DNA from: an uncultured SAR86 cluster bacterium
Lineage (GTDB): Bacteria > Pseudomonadota > Gammaproteobacteria > Magnimaribacterales > D2472
Reading direction: 5' to 3'
Length of the DNA: 64,000 bases
Assembly (NCBI GenBank): GCA_902608115.1
Contig: CACLMT010000006.1
Coordinates: forward strand, 3,361-67,360
The notes below the pieces were generated by a model. It was not told where the DNA came from. It saw nothing but the letters and a program-made list of their open reading frames with translations, and searched no databases. Within the stretch, counting starts at the first letter, position 1. Each line of letters begins with the position of its first letter. The position numbers and the translations under genes are program-made. Positions 22,249 through 31,778 of the stretch are shown here, one piece after another.

Positions 22249-23142
22249 TTATTTTCTATTTTTTATACCGAATGGTACATGAGCTGAAGTCACTTTTGCA
22301 GAGGCGTCTTCAATATTATTTTGCTGATCATCAAAGAAGATGTCAGCTTTAAATGATTTTAGAAACTCTGATTTCTTCATTCCACCCAAAAATAAAGATT
22401 CATCTATTCTAACACCCCAGTTTCTTAGAGTTTTAATAACTCTCTTGTGAGAAGGAGCTGATCTAGCTGTAACAAGTGCAGTCCTAATTGGGCAATCAAC
22501 ATGACTAAGTTCAGATTGAAGTTTATTTAACTCTACTAAAAAGGATTTAAAAGGTCCGGCTTTTAACATAGATTTTTGTTTACGTTCATTATCTAAAAAA
22601 GCTTTAAGGCCTTCTTTAGCATAAATTTTTTCTGATTCATCTGAAAAAATAACTGAGTCTCCATCAAAAGCAATTCTGAGCAACGTATCACCCTTTGATA
22701 ATTTCTTTGACTTAGATGAAATAATTCTTGCAGAAGCGACGCTATTTTGAATCGCCATTTTTACATCATCTTTACTGCTTGAAAGAAATAAATCTACTCC
22801 AAAGGCTTTGACATATTTATAAGGACTTTCTCCTCCACAAAATACAGCACGACTAATATTTAATTCATGCGATTCAATAGAATTAAAAATACGTAGACCA
22901 GTGTCAGCTGTATTCCTTGAGAGTAAAATAACTTCAACCCTATCTTTGTTTTCATAAAAATCATTAATTTTTAAAATTTTATTAACGAGATTGAAGGCTT
23001 CTCCAGGCACTAGAATCTGATCTTCATTTTTAATTTGATATTTTCTATAAGCTTCAACGCCATCATTTTGAAAAATTTCATGGCTTTCACTTAAATCAAA
23101 AAGTGCTCTTGAAGATATTCCTACTACTAATTTTGAATTCAT
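22249..23142 (-). CDS. 5'-nucleotidase family protein (PF06189-like)
   Basis: N-terminal VVGISSRALFDLSESHEIFQNDGVEAYRKYQ...PGEAF is typical of the bacterial 5'-nucleotidase family. 297 aa. Confidence 0.75.
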   Translation of the reverse strand: MNSKLVVGISSRALFDLSESHEIFQNDGVEAYRKYQIKNEDQILVPGEAFNLVNKILKINDFYENKDRVEVILLSRNTADTGLRIFNSIESHELNISRAVFCGGESPYKYVKAFGVDLFLSSSKDDVKMAIQNSVASARIISSKSKKLSKGDTLLRIAFDGDSVIFSDESEKIYAKEGLKAFLDNERKQKSMLKAGPFKSFLVELNKLQSELSHVDCPIRTALVTARSAPSHKRVIKTLRNWGVRIDESLFLGGMKKSEFLKSFKADIFFDDQQNNIEDASAKVTSAHVPFGIKNRK

Positions 23143-23155
23143 ACGATACCTAGGG

Positions 23156-23200
23156 TTGCAGTTAAATAATAAAATTTATATACTGTAAAAATATACAGTA
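23156..23200 (+). promoter_or_regulatory. lexA promoter candidate with LexA (SOS) box
   Basis: TACTGTAAAAATATACAGTA at 23181-23200 is a perfect CTGT-N8-ACAG palindrome ending 8 nt before the lexA ATG. TTGCAG (23156-61), 17 nt, then TATACT (23179-84) gives a sigma70-like promoter whose -10 overlaps the box. Confidence 0.85.
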
Positions 23201-23208
23201 TAAATATT

Positions 23209-23826
23209 ATGAAAGAATTAACCAAGCAACAATTAAAAGTTCTAAAGTCTGTAGAAGTTTATCTTAAAAAGACTGGTTTTCCACCTACTAGAGTTGAAAT
23301 CTGCAATGAACTAGGCTTTAAATCCCCTAATGCTGCAGAAATGCATCTAAGAGCCCTTGAAAAAAAAGGCTATATTGCAATTAAAAGCGGTTCATCAAGA
23401 GGTATTTCGATAGTAAAAAACCAGAAAGTTTTTGGAACTAATCTAGATCAAATGCCTGTAATAGGCCTTGTTGCTGCAGGATCTCCTACATTGGCTGAAG
23501 AAAATATAGAAAAAAGAATTCCGTGTGACCCAAATATGTTTAAAGAAAATTTTGACTACTTTCTAAGAGTAAAGGGCTTAAGTATGATGGATGCTGGAAT
23601 TCATGAGGATGATCTTGTTGCTATTAAAAAAACTACTGAAGTTAAAAATGGAGATCTAGTAGTTGTTCGACTTGAAGATGAAGTAACTTTAAAGTACTTC
23701 AAAAAGGATAATTATATTCTAGAATTAATTCCAGCAAATAAAGATTTTTCAATAATTAAAGTAGATTTAAGAGAACAAGAGGCATTTGTAGAAGGTAAGA
23801 GTGTTGGTTTAATTAGAACCCACTAA
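23209..23826 (+). CDS. lexA: LexA repressor
   Basis: Winged-helix N-terminus, cleavage site VAAGSP, S24 peptidase catalytic GLSMMDAGI and a downstream Lys. 205 aa. SOS box upstream. Confidence 0.96.
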   Translation: MKELTKQQLKVLKSVEVYLKKTGFPPTRVEICNELGFKSPNAAEMHLRALEKKGYIAIKSGSSRGISIVKNQKVFGTNLDQMPVIGLVAAGSPTLAEENIEKRIPCDPNMFKENFDYFLRVKGLSMMDAGIHEDDLVAIKKTTEVKNGDLVVVRLEDEVTLKYFKKDNYILELIPANKDFSIIKVDLREQEAFVEGKSVGLIRTH

Positions 23827-24080
23827 TGCAGAATAACTGATTTCTTTTTTAAGCTTCTTTTTTTGCTATCAAAAAAATCATCAAAATCAATTGCATTTCC
23901 ACTCACACTTTCGATGCCAGCCCGAATCATCTCTTTAGCAACCGCTAACTCTTCACCATCCAAAAAATCTTTAGATTCATTAGAAAACTCAATTTTTACA
24001 ATTGGATTATCATGATCATCAGACCTTCTTAGGACAATGGTTCCGTCAGAAAGCTGGGTTAATTCAAGATAATTAGACAT
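23823..24080 (-). CDS. hypothetical small acidic protein (85 aa)
   Basis: ATG start. No overlap with a better gene except that it shares its stop codon region with lexA. No recognisable motif. Confidence 0.45.
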   Translation of the reverse strand: MSNYLELTQLSDGTIVLRRSDDHDNPIVKIEFSNESKDFLDGEELAVAKEMIRAGIESVSGNAIDFDDFFDSKKRSLKKKSVILH

Positions 24081-24177
24081 ATATTTATTAATTTAACTTT
24101 AACATCCTTCAAATTAATTATGAAGTATTTGGTAATAAGATTTATATTGGAACGAAAAAAAAATATTCAAGGGTTAA

Positions 24178-26805
24178 TCACTTGGTTGCTTCTACCCATT
24201 TTTCACCATTATAGATAGCAGTGTTGCCAGTTTTTTTAGCGTCCTTTTCTGATGCCAAATAATGAATATCTTCTGCTTTGTTGTAACGAATAATGTACGG
24301 GTTACCATCAACATCCTGCTGAGGAGCCTCCAAAAGATAAGCATGTTTCATTGGATCATCTAAATACTCACATGCCATTAGCAAAACTTCATTTGCCACT
24401 TGAATGAATTCAGAAACAGATGGTGCTCTAGTCTCTCTATTTTTAGGATACTTGCTTGCTGCTAAAAATAAACCTTTCATGCTATCGCGAAGTAAATAAA
24501 AATCCTCAAATTTTTTACATGGGATATCAGTAGTAATTGGCTCCATCATAATAGGTTTTGGTTCCCCGTTCTTCTGAAGCGCTCTTGTAGTACCACAATT
24601 ATCATTAATACAACCAAAATATTTACCAAATCTACCAGTCTTTAGCTGCATTTCAGAACCACACTTATGACATGAAAGAGTTGGACCGTCATATCCTTTA
24701 ATTTTAAAATTTCCTTCTTCAACCTCAAATCCATCACAATCTGGATTATTAGAACAAACATGAAGTTTATGATTTTCATCCAAAAGATAATTATCCATAC
24801 TCATATCACACTTTGAGCAACGATGTTTTGTAACCAAATGCTCAGCCTCTTCTTGATCATCTGCACTTACAGCTTCATCGCCAGAAATTAAATTTAGTGT
24901 TTTTTTACAACGCTCATCCTCAGATAAGCTATATCCGGCACATCCTAGAAATACTCCATTACTAGAATTTCTAATCATTAAATTATGTTTCTTGCACTCT
25001 GGGCAATTAATATTGGTATGAGTTGGAAGATTTGGAAGCATTCCATTTTCTTCATCCATTGCGTTAACCAGATCATCCTGAAAAGCCTGATAATAAGAAT
25101 CTAATACCTCTTGCCAATCCATTTCTCCATTAGCAATCTTATCTAATTTATTTTCAAAATTAGCTGTAAAATCATAATCCATAATGTCATCAAAACTTCT
25201 AACTAAGCGATCTGAAACTATCATGCCAATCTTTTTAACAAAAAATCTTCTGTTTTGTATTTCTACATAACCCCGCTCTTGTATTGTTGAAATAATATTG
25301 GCATATGTCGAAGGTCGACCAATTCCTCTTTTCTCTAGCTCCTTAACCAATGCTGCTTCTGAAAAACGAGCAGGAGGCTTAGTATATTTCTTTTTATTAT
25401 TTAAATTATCTAGACTTAAAACTTCATTCTGTTTAAGTCTTGGTAGAATTTCAGAATCTTTATTATCTGATCGAAGTTTAACTATTCTAGTAAATCCATC
25501 AAATACAACTTCTCTACCAGTAGCAGAAAAAATATAATCTTCAAGTTTAATTTTGGCATTTGTTGCCAAATACTCAGCATCAGGCAACTGAGATCCGATA
25601 AATTGCTGCCAAATTAAATCATATAATTTTTTTTCATCTTCAGAGCTAGAAATCATTGACTCTGATTTGGTTGCTGCATTGGTTGGTCGAATAGCCTCGT
25701 GTGCCTCTTGAGCATTTTTGCTACTTGAATAAATTCTAGGTGCATTAGTTAAATATTTCTCTCCTAAATTTGTTTCAATAAACATCCTGGCATCAGCAAT
25801 GGACTCAGCCGATAAAGCTGATGCATCTGTTCTCATATAAGTTATCAAACCATTTTCATATAAGGTTTGCGCTGTTCTCATTGTTCTTTTAACATTAAAA
25901 CCAAGTTTGGTGCTTGCAGCTTGTTGTAATGTGGAAGTCATAAAAGGAGGTTTAGGCTTTACTGTAACGGGCTTCTGGGTAACTTCATGAATAGAAAGAG
26001 AAGAGGATTGAATTAACTGTTCAATTTTTCTTGCTTCATTTGATTTAAGTAATGGATCATTTTTTTTTCGATTGAGAGCAAAGGATATAGCCTTGTTTTC
26101 TATATTATTTGCACTAAAAGAAATTTCCCAAAATTCTTCTGGCTTAAATTTTTGAATGCTATGCTCTCTCTCTACTAAGAGTCTTAAAGCAACGGATTGC
26201 ACTCTCCCTGCAGATAAATTTCTAGCTATCTTTGTCCACAGCAGTGGTGAAAGCTCAAATCCAACAACCCGATCTAAAAATCTTCTAGCTTGCTGAGCTT
26301 CAACTAAGTTAAGATCTATCTCTTTTGGATCCAAGAATGATTCAAGAATTGCATCTTTAGTAATTTGATTAAAACGTACCCTAGAGTAATTAAATTTTTC
26401 TGCTCCTAATGCTTCTTTTAAATGCCATGCAATAGCCTCTCCTTCTCTATCAAGATCAGTAGCAAGGAAAATTGACTCTACTGATTTAGCGGCAGCTTTT
26501 AATTCTTTGACAATTTTTTCTGGTCTGCCAGGGATTATTTCATAATTTGCCGCCCAGCCATTATCTGGATCAATACCCATCCTTCTTATCAATCTTTTAC
26601 GATCATTAATTTTTTTTAATCTTCTCTTCTCATCTTCAGGCAAATCTTTAGGAATTAAATTTCTCTTTGATGGAGACTTTGATTTACCTTTAGGAAGATC
26701 TCGAATATGGCCAACACTGGATTTAACAACATATTCAGAACCTAGATACTTAGAAATGGTCTTAGCTTTTGCTGGAGATTCAACTATTACAAGAGTTTTC
26801 GACAT
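24178..26805 (-). CDS. topA: DNA topoisomerase I
   Basis: TOPRIM N-terminus LVIVESPAKAKTI, active-site region ITYMRTDS-like (ITYMRTDA), several C-terminal Zn-ribbon CxxC repeats. 875 aa. Confidence 0.97.
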   Translation of the reverse strand: MSKTLVIVESPAKAKTISKYLGSEYVVKSSVGHIRDLPKGKSKSPSKRNLIPKDLPEDEKRRLKKINDRKRLIRRMGIDPDNGWAANYEIIPGRPEKIVKELKAAAKSVESIFLATDLDREGEAIAWHLKEALGAEKFNYSRVRFNQITKDAILESFLDPKEIDLNLVEAQQARRFLDRVVGFELSPLLWTKIARNLSAGRVQSVALRLLVEREHSIQKFKPEEFWEISFSANNIENKAISFALNRKKNDPLLKSNEARKIEQLIQSSSLSIHEVTQKPVTVKPKPPFMTSTLQQAASTKLGFNVKRTMRTAQTLYENGLITYMRTDASALSAESIADARMFIETNLGEKYLTNAPRIYSSSKNAQEAHEAIRPTNAATKSESMISSSEDEKKLYDLIWQQFIGSQLPDAEYLATNAKIKLEDYIFSATGREVVFDGFTRIVKLRSDNKDSEILPRLKQNEVLSLDNLNNKKKYTKPPARFSEAALVKELEKRGIGRPSTYANIISTIQERGYVEIQNRRFFVKKIGMIVSDRLVRSFDDIMDYDFTANFENKLDKIANGEMDWQEVLDSYYQAFQDDLVNAMDEENGMLPNLPTHTNINCPECKKHNLMIRNSSNGVFLGCAGYSLSEDERCKKTLNLISGDEAVSADDQEEAEHLVTKHRCSKCDMSMDNYLLDENHKLHVCSNNPDCDGFEVEEGNFKIKGYDGPTLSCHKCGSEMQLKTGRFGKYFGCINDNCGTTRALQKNGEPKPIMMEPITTDIPCKKFEDFYLLRDSMKGLFLAASKYPKNRETRAPSVSEFIQVANEVLLMACEYLDDPMKHAYLLEAPQQDVDGNPYIIRYNKAEDIHYLASEKDAKKTGNTAIYNGEKWVEATK

Positions 26806-26834
26806 AAATTACCTACGAGTATTTAAATTAAATT

Positions 26835-27269
26835 TCATATTTTTAAAATAGCATTTTTAATTTTTAGCAATTCCTCAGTGCCTAAATTTTCATCCCAAAC
26901 GAATGCTATATTGGACTTAAAAAAAATAATTTCAAGTATAGATCTAGGTAAAAAAGAAATTTTTTTTTCTATTTCTATAAATTGTTTATCATATTTTAGT
27001 GAAATAGGTGAGTATAATTGGAGCTTAGACTCTGATTTTATGTAGTGGATTTTCGAATATTTAGATTTATTTTTTATTTGATAAATTGCAACTTGAGGCT
27101 TCCAGGTTTTAAATTTTTTTCTTAGCTCGCCAGTTGAACCTATCTTAAATCCTTCTTTATAAGCAACCAATCTAATTGCACTTAAAGCTTTCATTTTCTT
27201 TGAAGGTTTTAAAAAACCTATAACCCCTACAAGAAATAAGAGAATAAAAATAATTATGAGTATTTCCAA
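26835..27269 (-). CDS. hypothetical membrane-anchored lysine-rich protein (144 aa)
   Basis: Single N-terminal TM (ILIIIFILLFLVGVIGF). TTG start. Fills the topA-pyrD gap. No recognisable domain. Confidence 0.45.
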   Translation of the reverse strand: MEILIIIFILLFLVGVIGFLKPSKKMKALSAIRLVAYKEGFKIGSTGELRKKFKTWKPQVAIYQIKNKSKYSKIHYIKSESKLQLYSPISLKYDKQFIEIEKKISFLPRSILEIIFFKSNIAFVWDENLGTEELLKIKNAILKI

Positions 27270-27278
27270 AATCTTGCT

Positions 27279-28265
27279 CTAATTCAATAATTTATTAATG
27301 ATGCGTGGACCTTGATATATAAAACTAGTATAAATCTGAACTAGCGAGGCTCCAGATTCAATCTTTTGTTGAAAATCTTCTTTGTTAAAAACCCCCCCTA
27401 CTCCAATTTTAATCAATGATGAATCATAAGAGTGAATAGTCTTTAATAATAAATTAGATTTTTCAAACAGGGGTTTACCAGATAAACCTCCTGATATATT
27501 TTCATTCTGGGAATCTTTAAGTTGATCATGCTCAAGCGTTGTATTAGAAACTATAACCCCATGAAACTGAAATTTATTTATAGCATCCACAATTTTAAAA
27601 ATCGTATTATTGCTTTCATCTGGAGAAAGTTTGATAAATACAGGATTTGAGTAATTGGCTTGCACTCTTGCTAAGTCCATCGCCTCCAAAAGTGGTAAAA
27701 GATTTTCCTTTTGGTGTAGAGTTCTTAAATTTGGAGTATTCGGTGAGGATATGTTTATAGCAATATAGTCTGCATATGGAGCGACTTTCAAAAAGCATTC
27801 AACATAATCATCAATTCTCTTTTGGCCTTCAGAACTTTTATTAGCGCCGATATTTACACCCAAAACTCCATCAAAACTTCTTGATTGAATTCTGCTAACC
27901 AAATAATCAACCCCTTTGTTATTAAAGCCGAGCCTATTAATGATTGCATGTTGATGTTTGAAACGAAAAATTCTTGGCTTTGGGTTTCCAAACTGCTGAA
28001 CAGGCGTAACTGTCCCAACTTCAATGAATCCAAACCCTAACGATCCAAGAGCATCAATATAATCTCCATTCTTATCTAGACCTGCAGCAACCCCTACTCT
28101 ATTTTTAAAAGTTAAATTATTAAAATAAAAATGTTTTTCTTTTTTTGGCACCTTAAAAAGAATTTTTGTTAATCCTATTTTATAAAGAAAATTTAAGATA
28201 TTTAATGCAAGAGTGTGTGCTATTTCTGGCGGGAATAGCCTTAATAGAAACATGAATATTTTCAT
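27279..28265 (-). CDS. pyrD: dihydroorotate dehydrogenase (quinone), class 2
   Basis: GFGFIEVGTVTP, INISSPNTP and GGLSGKP motifs plus an N-terminal membrane-association helix. Confidence 0.93.
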   Translation of the reverse strand: MKIFMFLLRLFPPEIAHTLALNILNFLYKIGLTKILFKVPKKEKHFYFNNLTFKNRVGVAAGLDKNGDYIDALGSLGFGFIEVGTVTPVQQFGNPKPRIFRFKHQHAIINRLGFNNKGVDYLVSRIQSRSFDGVLGVNIGANKSSEGQKRIDDYVECFLKVAPYADYIAINISSPNTPNLRTLHQKENLLPLLEAMDLARVQANYSNPVFIKLSPDESNNTIFKIVDAINKFQFHGVIVSNTTLEHDQLKDSQNENISGGLSGKPLFEKSNLLLKTIHSYDSSLIKIGVGGVFNKEDFQQKIESGASLVQIYTSFIYQGPRIINKLLN

Positions 28266-29098
28266 TAATTATCTAGAATATCTTTCGCAAGATAAGTAAT
28301 GGCATTTACATAACCCTCCTTTGATCCGCAATCAAATTTCTTACCTTCGTATAAGTAGCCAGCCACGGGATAATCAGAAAGCATCAGTCTAATTGCATCT
28401 GTCAATTGAATTTCTCCATTAATACCGGGGTCTAAATTTTCAAGATATTTAAAAATATTATGTGACAAGACATATCTACCAAAGACTGCTAAATCAGAAG
28501 GGGGATTATCTCTTGGTTTTTCTACAATATCATCTAGCCAAAAAAGATTTTGATCAGCATTAATCTCTAATGAAGATATAACTCCATATTTTTTTATATC
28601 ATCATGATTTACTTTGCTTAAACCAATAACAGAACATTTATTCTCCATAGAGACATTAATTAGCTGTTCTATGCTTGAGGGATTATTTAAAATTAAATCA
28701 TCGGCTAACAAAATAGCAAATAATTCATCCTTAATAAGGTGTTTTGCTTGAAGAATGGCATCTCCAAGACCTTTTTGTGATTTTTGTTTTATATAAGTAA
28801 AAGTTATGTCTTTAAAAATTTCTCTATTAATTTTTTTTAATGATTCTTTTTTTCCAGCTTGGTTTAGCTTTTCTTCTAAATCATAATTTCTATTAAAATG
28901 ATCTTCTATGGAACGTTTGGTGTGACTTGTTATAAAAATAATTTCCTTAATGCCGGCAAGAACAGCCTCCTCTACAGCGTATTCAACAAGTGGCTTATCA
29001 ATAATTGGAAGCATTTCTTTTGGAATAGCTTTTGTTGCAGGTAAGAAACGAGTGCCTAATCCAGCTACTGGAAGAATCGCTTTGGTGACTTTAGGCAT
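28265..29098 (-). CDS. galU: UTP-glucose-1-phosphate uridylyltransferase
   Basis: KAILPVAGLGTRFLPATKAIPKEMLPI signature. 277 aa. Confidence 0.93.
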   Translation of the reverse strand: MPKVTKAILPVAGLGTRFLPATKAIPKEMLPIIDKPLVEYAVEEAVLAGIKEIIFITSHTKRSIEDHFNRNYDLEEKLNQAGKKESLKKINREIFKDITFTYIKQKSQKGLGDAILQAKHLIKDELFAILLADDLILNNPSSIEQLINVSMENKCSVIGLSKVNHDDIKKYGVISSLEINADQNLFWLDDIVEKPRDNPPSDLAVFGRYVLSHNIFKYLENLDPGINGEIQLTDAIRLMLSDYPVAGYLYEGKKFDCGSKEGYVNAITYLAKDILDN

Positions 29099-29104
29099 AA
29101 TTAA

Positions 29105-29719
29105 TTATCGAATAAAAATATATTTTGATATGAATCCTATAATAAACCCAGCAATCATTCCAACTAAATGAGCTGTATTTGCTACATTACCAAACCCAAA
29201 AAGTTTTAAAATTCCTGTATAACCTACTAAAAGCCAAATAAACATGAAAAGATATAAAGCTTCAGGCAAACCATATCTCCCTTGGTTATTATCTAACTCT
29301 ATAATAAAACAATATCCTAACAGACCGTAAACAGCTCCACTAAGACCCCCAAAAAGGTATGCTCCAGACCACATAAATTCTCCAACATTGCTGATAATTC
29401 CAGTTACAAAGAAAATAGATAAAAATATTAATCTTCCATCAAGCGGCTCTATCCTAGAACCAAGGATATATATCCATAGACAATTAAAGACAAGATGAGT
29501 TATAGAGAAATGAAGAAAAGTTGGAGTAATTAATCTCCACCATTCATTTGCTGATAAATATGTTGTTTCTATAGAAGGAAGTAACATTTCGCTCCCTGAT
29601 GAAGTCGTTTTTAAGAATAGAAAATGTTCCAGCAAACTATAATTTAGTCCAAAGTTTGTTAAAAATGTTAAAACTACTGAGACAAAAATTATTAAAATAT
29701 ATGATTTATTGACTTGCAA
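29105..29719 (-). CDS. rhomboid-family intramembrane serine protease
   Basis: Multi-TM. HLVFNCLW (His/Asn), catalytic GGLSGAVYGLLG, downstream AHLVG His. TTG start. Confidence 0.8.
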   Translation of the reverse strand: MQVNKSYILIIFVSVVLTFLTNFGLNYSLLEHFLFLKTTSSGSEMLLPSIETTYLSANEWWRLITPTFLHFSITHLVFNCLWIYILGSRIEPLDGRLIFLSIFFVTGIISNVGEFMWSGAYLFGGLSGAVYGLLGYCFIIELDNNQGRYGLPEALYLFMFIWLLVGYTGILKLFGFGNVANTAHLVGMIAGFIIGFISKYIFIR

Positions 29720-29724
29720 AGTAA

Positions 29725-30591
29725 CTAATGTTTCTTAGCAGTAATATCTAGACTCCAACCTAACTTTTCTCTGCAAGCATTATAAAAATCATTATTAATT
29801 GGGTGAATAATCTTTAATACAGAATCTTTTTTACGAATGATAATTGAATCATCATATTGGATGGGTATATCTTTCTGCCCATCTACACAAACCATGGCAT
29901 TTTCAAGAGGACCTTGAATCAACTGAATTTCAAGAGATTTATTGTTAGATACAATTAATGGTCTTGAAGAAAGACTTTGGGACATCATTGGAATTATATT
30001 CCAAAGATCAAGCTCTGGATGAATAATAGAACCTCCTGCGGATAAGGCATAAGCAGATGAACCTGTAGGAGTAGCAATAATCAACCCATCAGATCTTTGC
30101 TCATAAACTGTTTTATTATCTATTAATAGCCTATATCTCATTAGCTGCGCATATGAACCAGAATGAATTAATATCTCATTTAATCCAAAAACTTCATTAT
30201 TAGAAAAATGAGCCTCAACCAAACTTCTTTCTTCTATAACATAATCTCCATTAAAAATATCTTTAATAGCTAATTCAAAATCATCGACATTAATTTCTGT
30301 TAAAAATCCAAGGGTTCCTAGATTAATCCCTAGGATAGGAAAATCTTCATTAACAAATTTTCTAGCTGCTGCCAATAAAGTTCCATCTCCACCACATACT
30401 ATAAGAAGATCTATAGAGTTTTTAAAAACATCATCTTTATGCTCAACAATATGTGAAGAGGAAAGATTGCTACCTTCTTCACTAAAAAGACTTTTAGTAT
30501 TTTTTGATAAAATATCAATTATAGAATTAACTACAGAAATATCCTTTGTAGTTGGGTTATTCTTTAAAACAATTCCTATATTTTCAAACAT
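29725..30591 (-). CDS. nadK: NAD(+) kinase
   Basis: GGDGTLL motif and ATPTGSSAYALSAGG. 288 aa. Confidence 0.93.
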   Translation of the reverse strand: MFENIGIVLKNNPTTKDISVVNSIIDILSKNTKSLFSEEGSNLSSSHIVEHKDDVFKNSIDLLIVCGGDGTLLAAARKFVNEDFPILGINLGTLGFLTEINVDDFELAIKDIFNGDYVIEERSLVEAHFSNNEVFGLNEILIHSGSYAQLMRYRLLIDNKTVYEQRSDGLIIATPTGSSAYALSAGGSIIHPELDLWNIIPMMSQSLSSRPLIVSNNKSLEIQLIQGPLENAMVCVDGQKDIPIQYDDSIIIRKKDSVLKIIHPINNDFYNACREKLGWSLDITAKKH

Positions 30592-30665
30592 AGAAAAGAT
30601 TATACTCTTGGATGAAGATTTAATTAAAAAATCAAAAGTTTAGATTTTTAGAAAATTACACTTTA

Positions 30666-31712
30666 TTAATCGTGAATCAATGCAGCTCTGCCAATAATCT
30701 TCCCATTTTTTAGATCTTCAAGTGTTTCGTTTGCTTGAGAAGCAGGCCTCTTTTCTACTGGGATAGGATCAACCTTTCCCAAACGAATAAGTTCCATTAA
30801 TTCATCCATATCTGCAGGGCTACCAGTATAAGACCCCTGTACCTGCCTTTCCATGATTGGGATTAAAGGAAGAGGCAATTTTAATTCTCCACCATATAAA
30901 CCAACAATAATATATTTTCCACCTTTTCTTAAAAGATTGACTCCGAAACTTGTTGACTCTTCTGAACCAACAAAATCTATAGCAACAGACGCATTGCCAG
31001 CAGTTAATTCAAATATCTTCATAAATGCATCTTCATCCGTTGGATTTATTGCTGCTGATGCTCCATTCTCTAAAGCTAATTTTAATTTCTTTTCATCAAC
31101 ATCAACAACGATTGGCTTACAATTAAATGCAGCTTTAGCTATCTGCAGACCCATCATGCCAACTCCTCCAATCCCAATAATGATTAAACAATTTTTATCT
31201 TTATAAGGAGCTCCCTTTTTTAGTGCACTGTAAGCAGTTAACCCAGAACAAGCATAACTACCAGCCAAATGATCTGGAGTACTTCCAGCATCGTGCAAAT
31301 ACTTTGAATCTGGAACTAGAACGTGATCACCAAACCCTCCTGGTTCCATTACCCCTATCACTGGTCCTGTATTGCATAAATGCTCATCACCGGCATTACA
31401 AACATCACATGATCCACATCCTATCCATGGGTACACAATTCTTTTATCTCCAATATTAATATCTTTAGCTTCTGGTCCAAGAGCAACTACTTCTCCATAA
31501 ATTTCATGACCAAGCGTAAAAGGATTAGGCACAGGTACTGGCAATTCATTGCCTCCTCCTAAGTCAAATGCTCCTGAGTGAATATGTACATCAGAGTGAC
31601 AAACTCCACATGCAATAGTTTTCATAAGCACCTCTGACCCAGTAGGCTCTGGTGTGGGGATGTCTGCGAGCTCAAGGGGTTTTCCAGGTTCCGGAACTTG
31701 GTAGGATTTCAT
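30666..31712 (-). CDS. zinc-dependent alcohol dehydrogenase family oxidoreductase
   Basis: GVCHSDVH and GHEIYGEV Zn-ligand motifs, structural-Zn cysteines CGSCDVCNAGDEHLC, GIGGVG Rossmann motif. Confidence 0.88.
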   Translation of the reverse strand: MKSYQVPEPGKPLELADIPTPEPTGSEVLMKTIACGVCHSDVHIHSGAFDLGGGNELPVPVPNPFTLGHEIYGEVVALGPEAKDINIGDKRIVYPWIGCGSCDVCNAGDEHLCNTGPVIGVMEPGGFGDHVLVPDSKYLHDAGSTPDHLAGSYACSGLTAYSALKKGAPYKDKNCLIIIGIGGVGMMGLQIAKAAFNCKPIVVDVDEKKLKLALENGASAAINPTDEDAFMKIFELTAGNASVAIDFVGSEESTSFGVNLLRKGGKYIIVGLYGGELKLPLPLIPIMERQVQGSYTGSPADMDELMELIRLGKVDPIPVEKRPASQANETLEDLKNGKIIGRAALIHD

Positions 31713-31778
31713 ACTTTTGTTACCAAAAAATTAATTATCTGCTTATAATATCGATTCTTGAAATTAGCGCAAGTTACC

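Noticed and set aside
30853-31206. 117-aa plus-strand ORF (and 31223-31459) inside the Zn-ADH gene
   Set aside because: Antisense shadow ORFs within a well-supported CDS.
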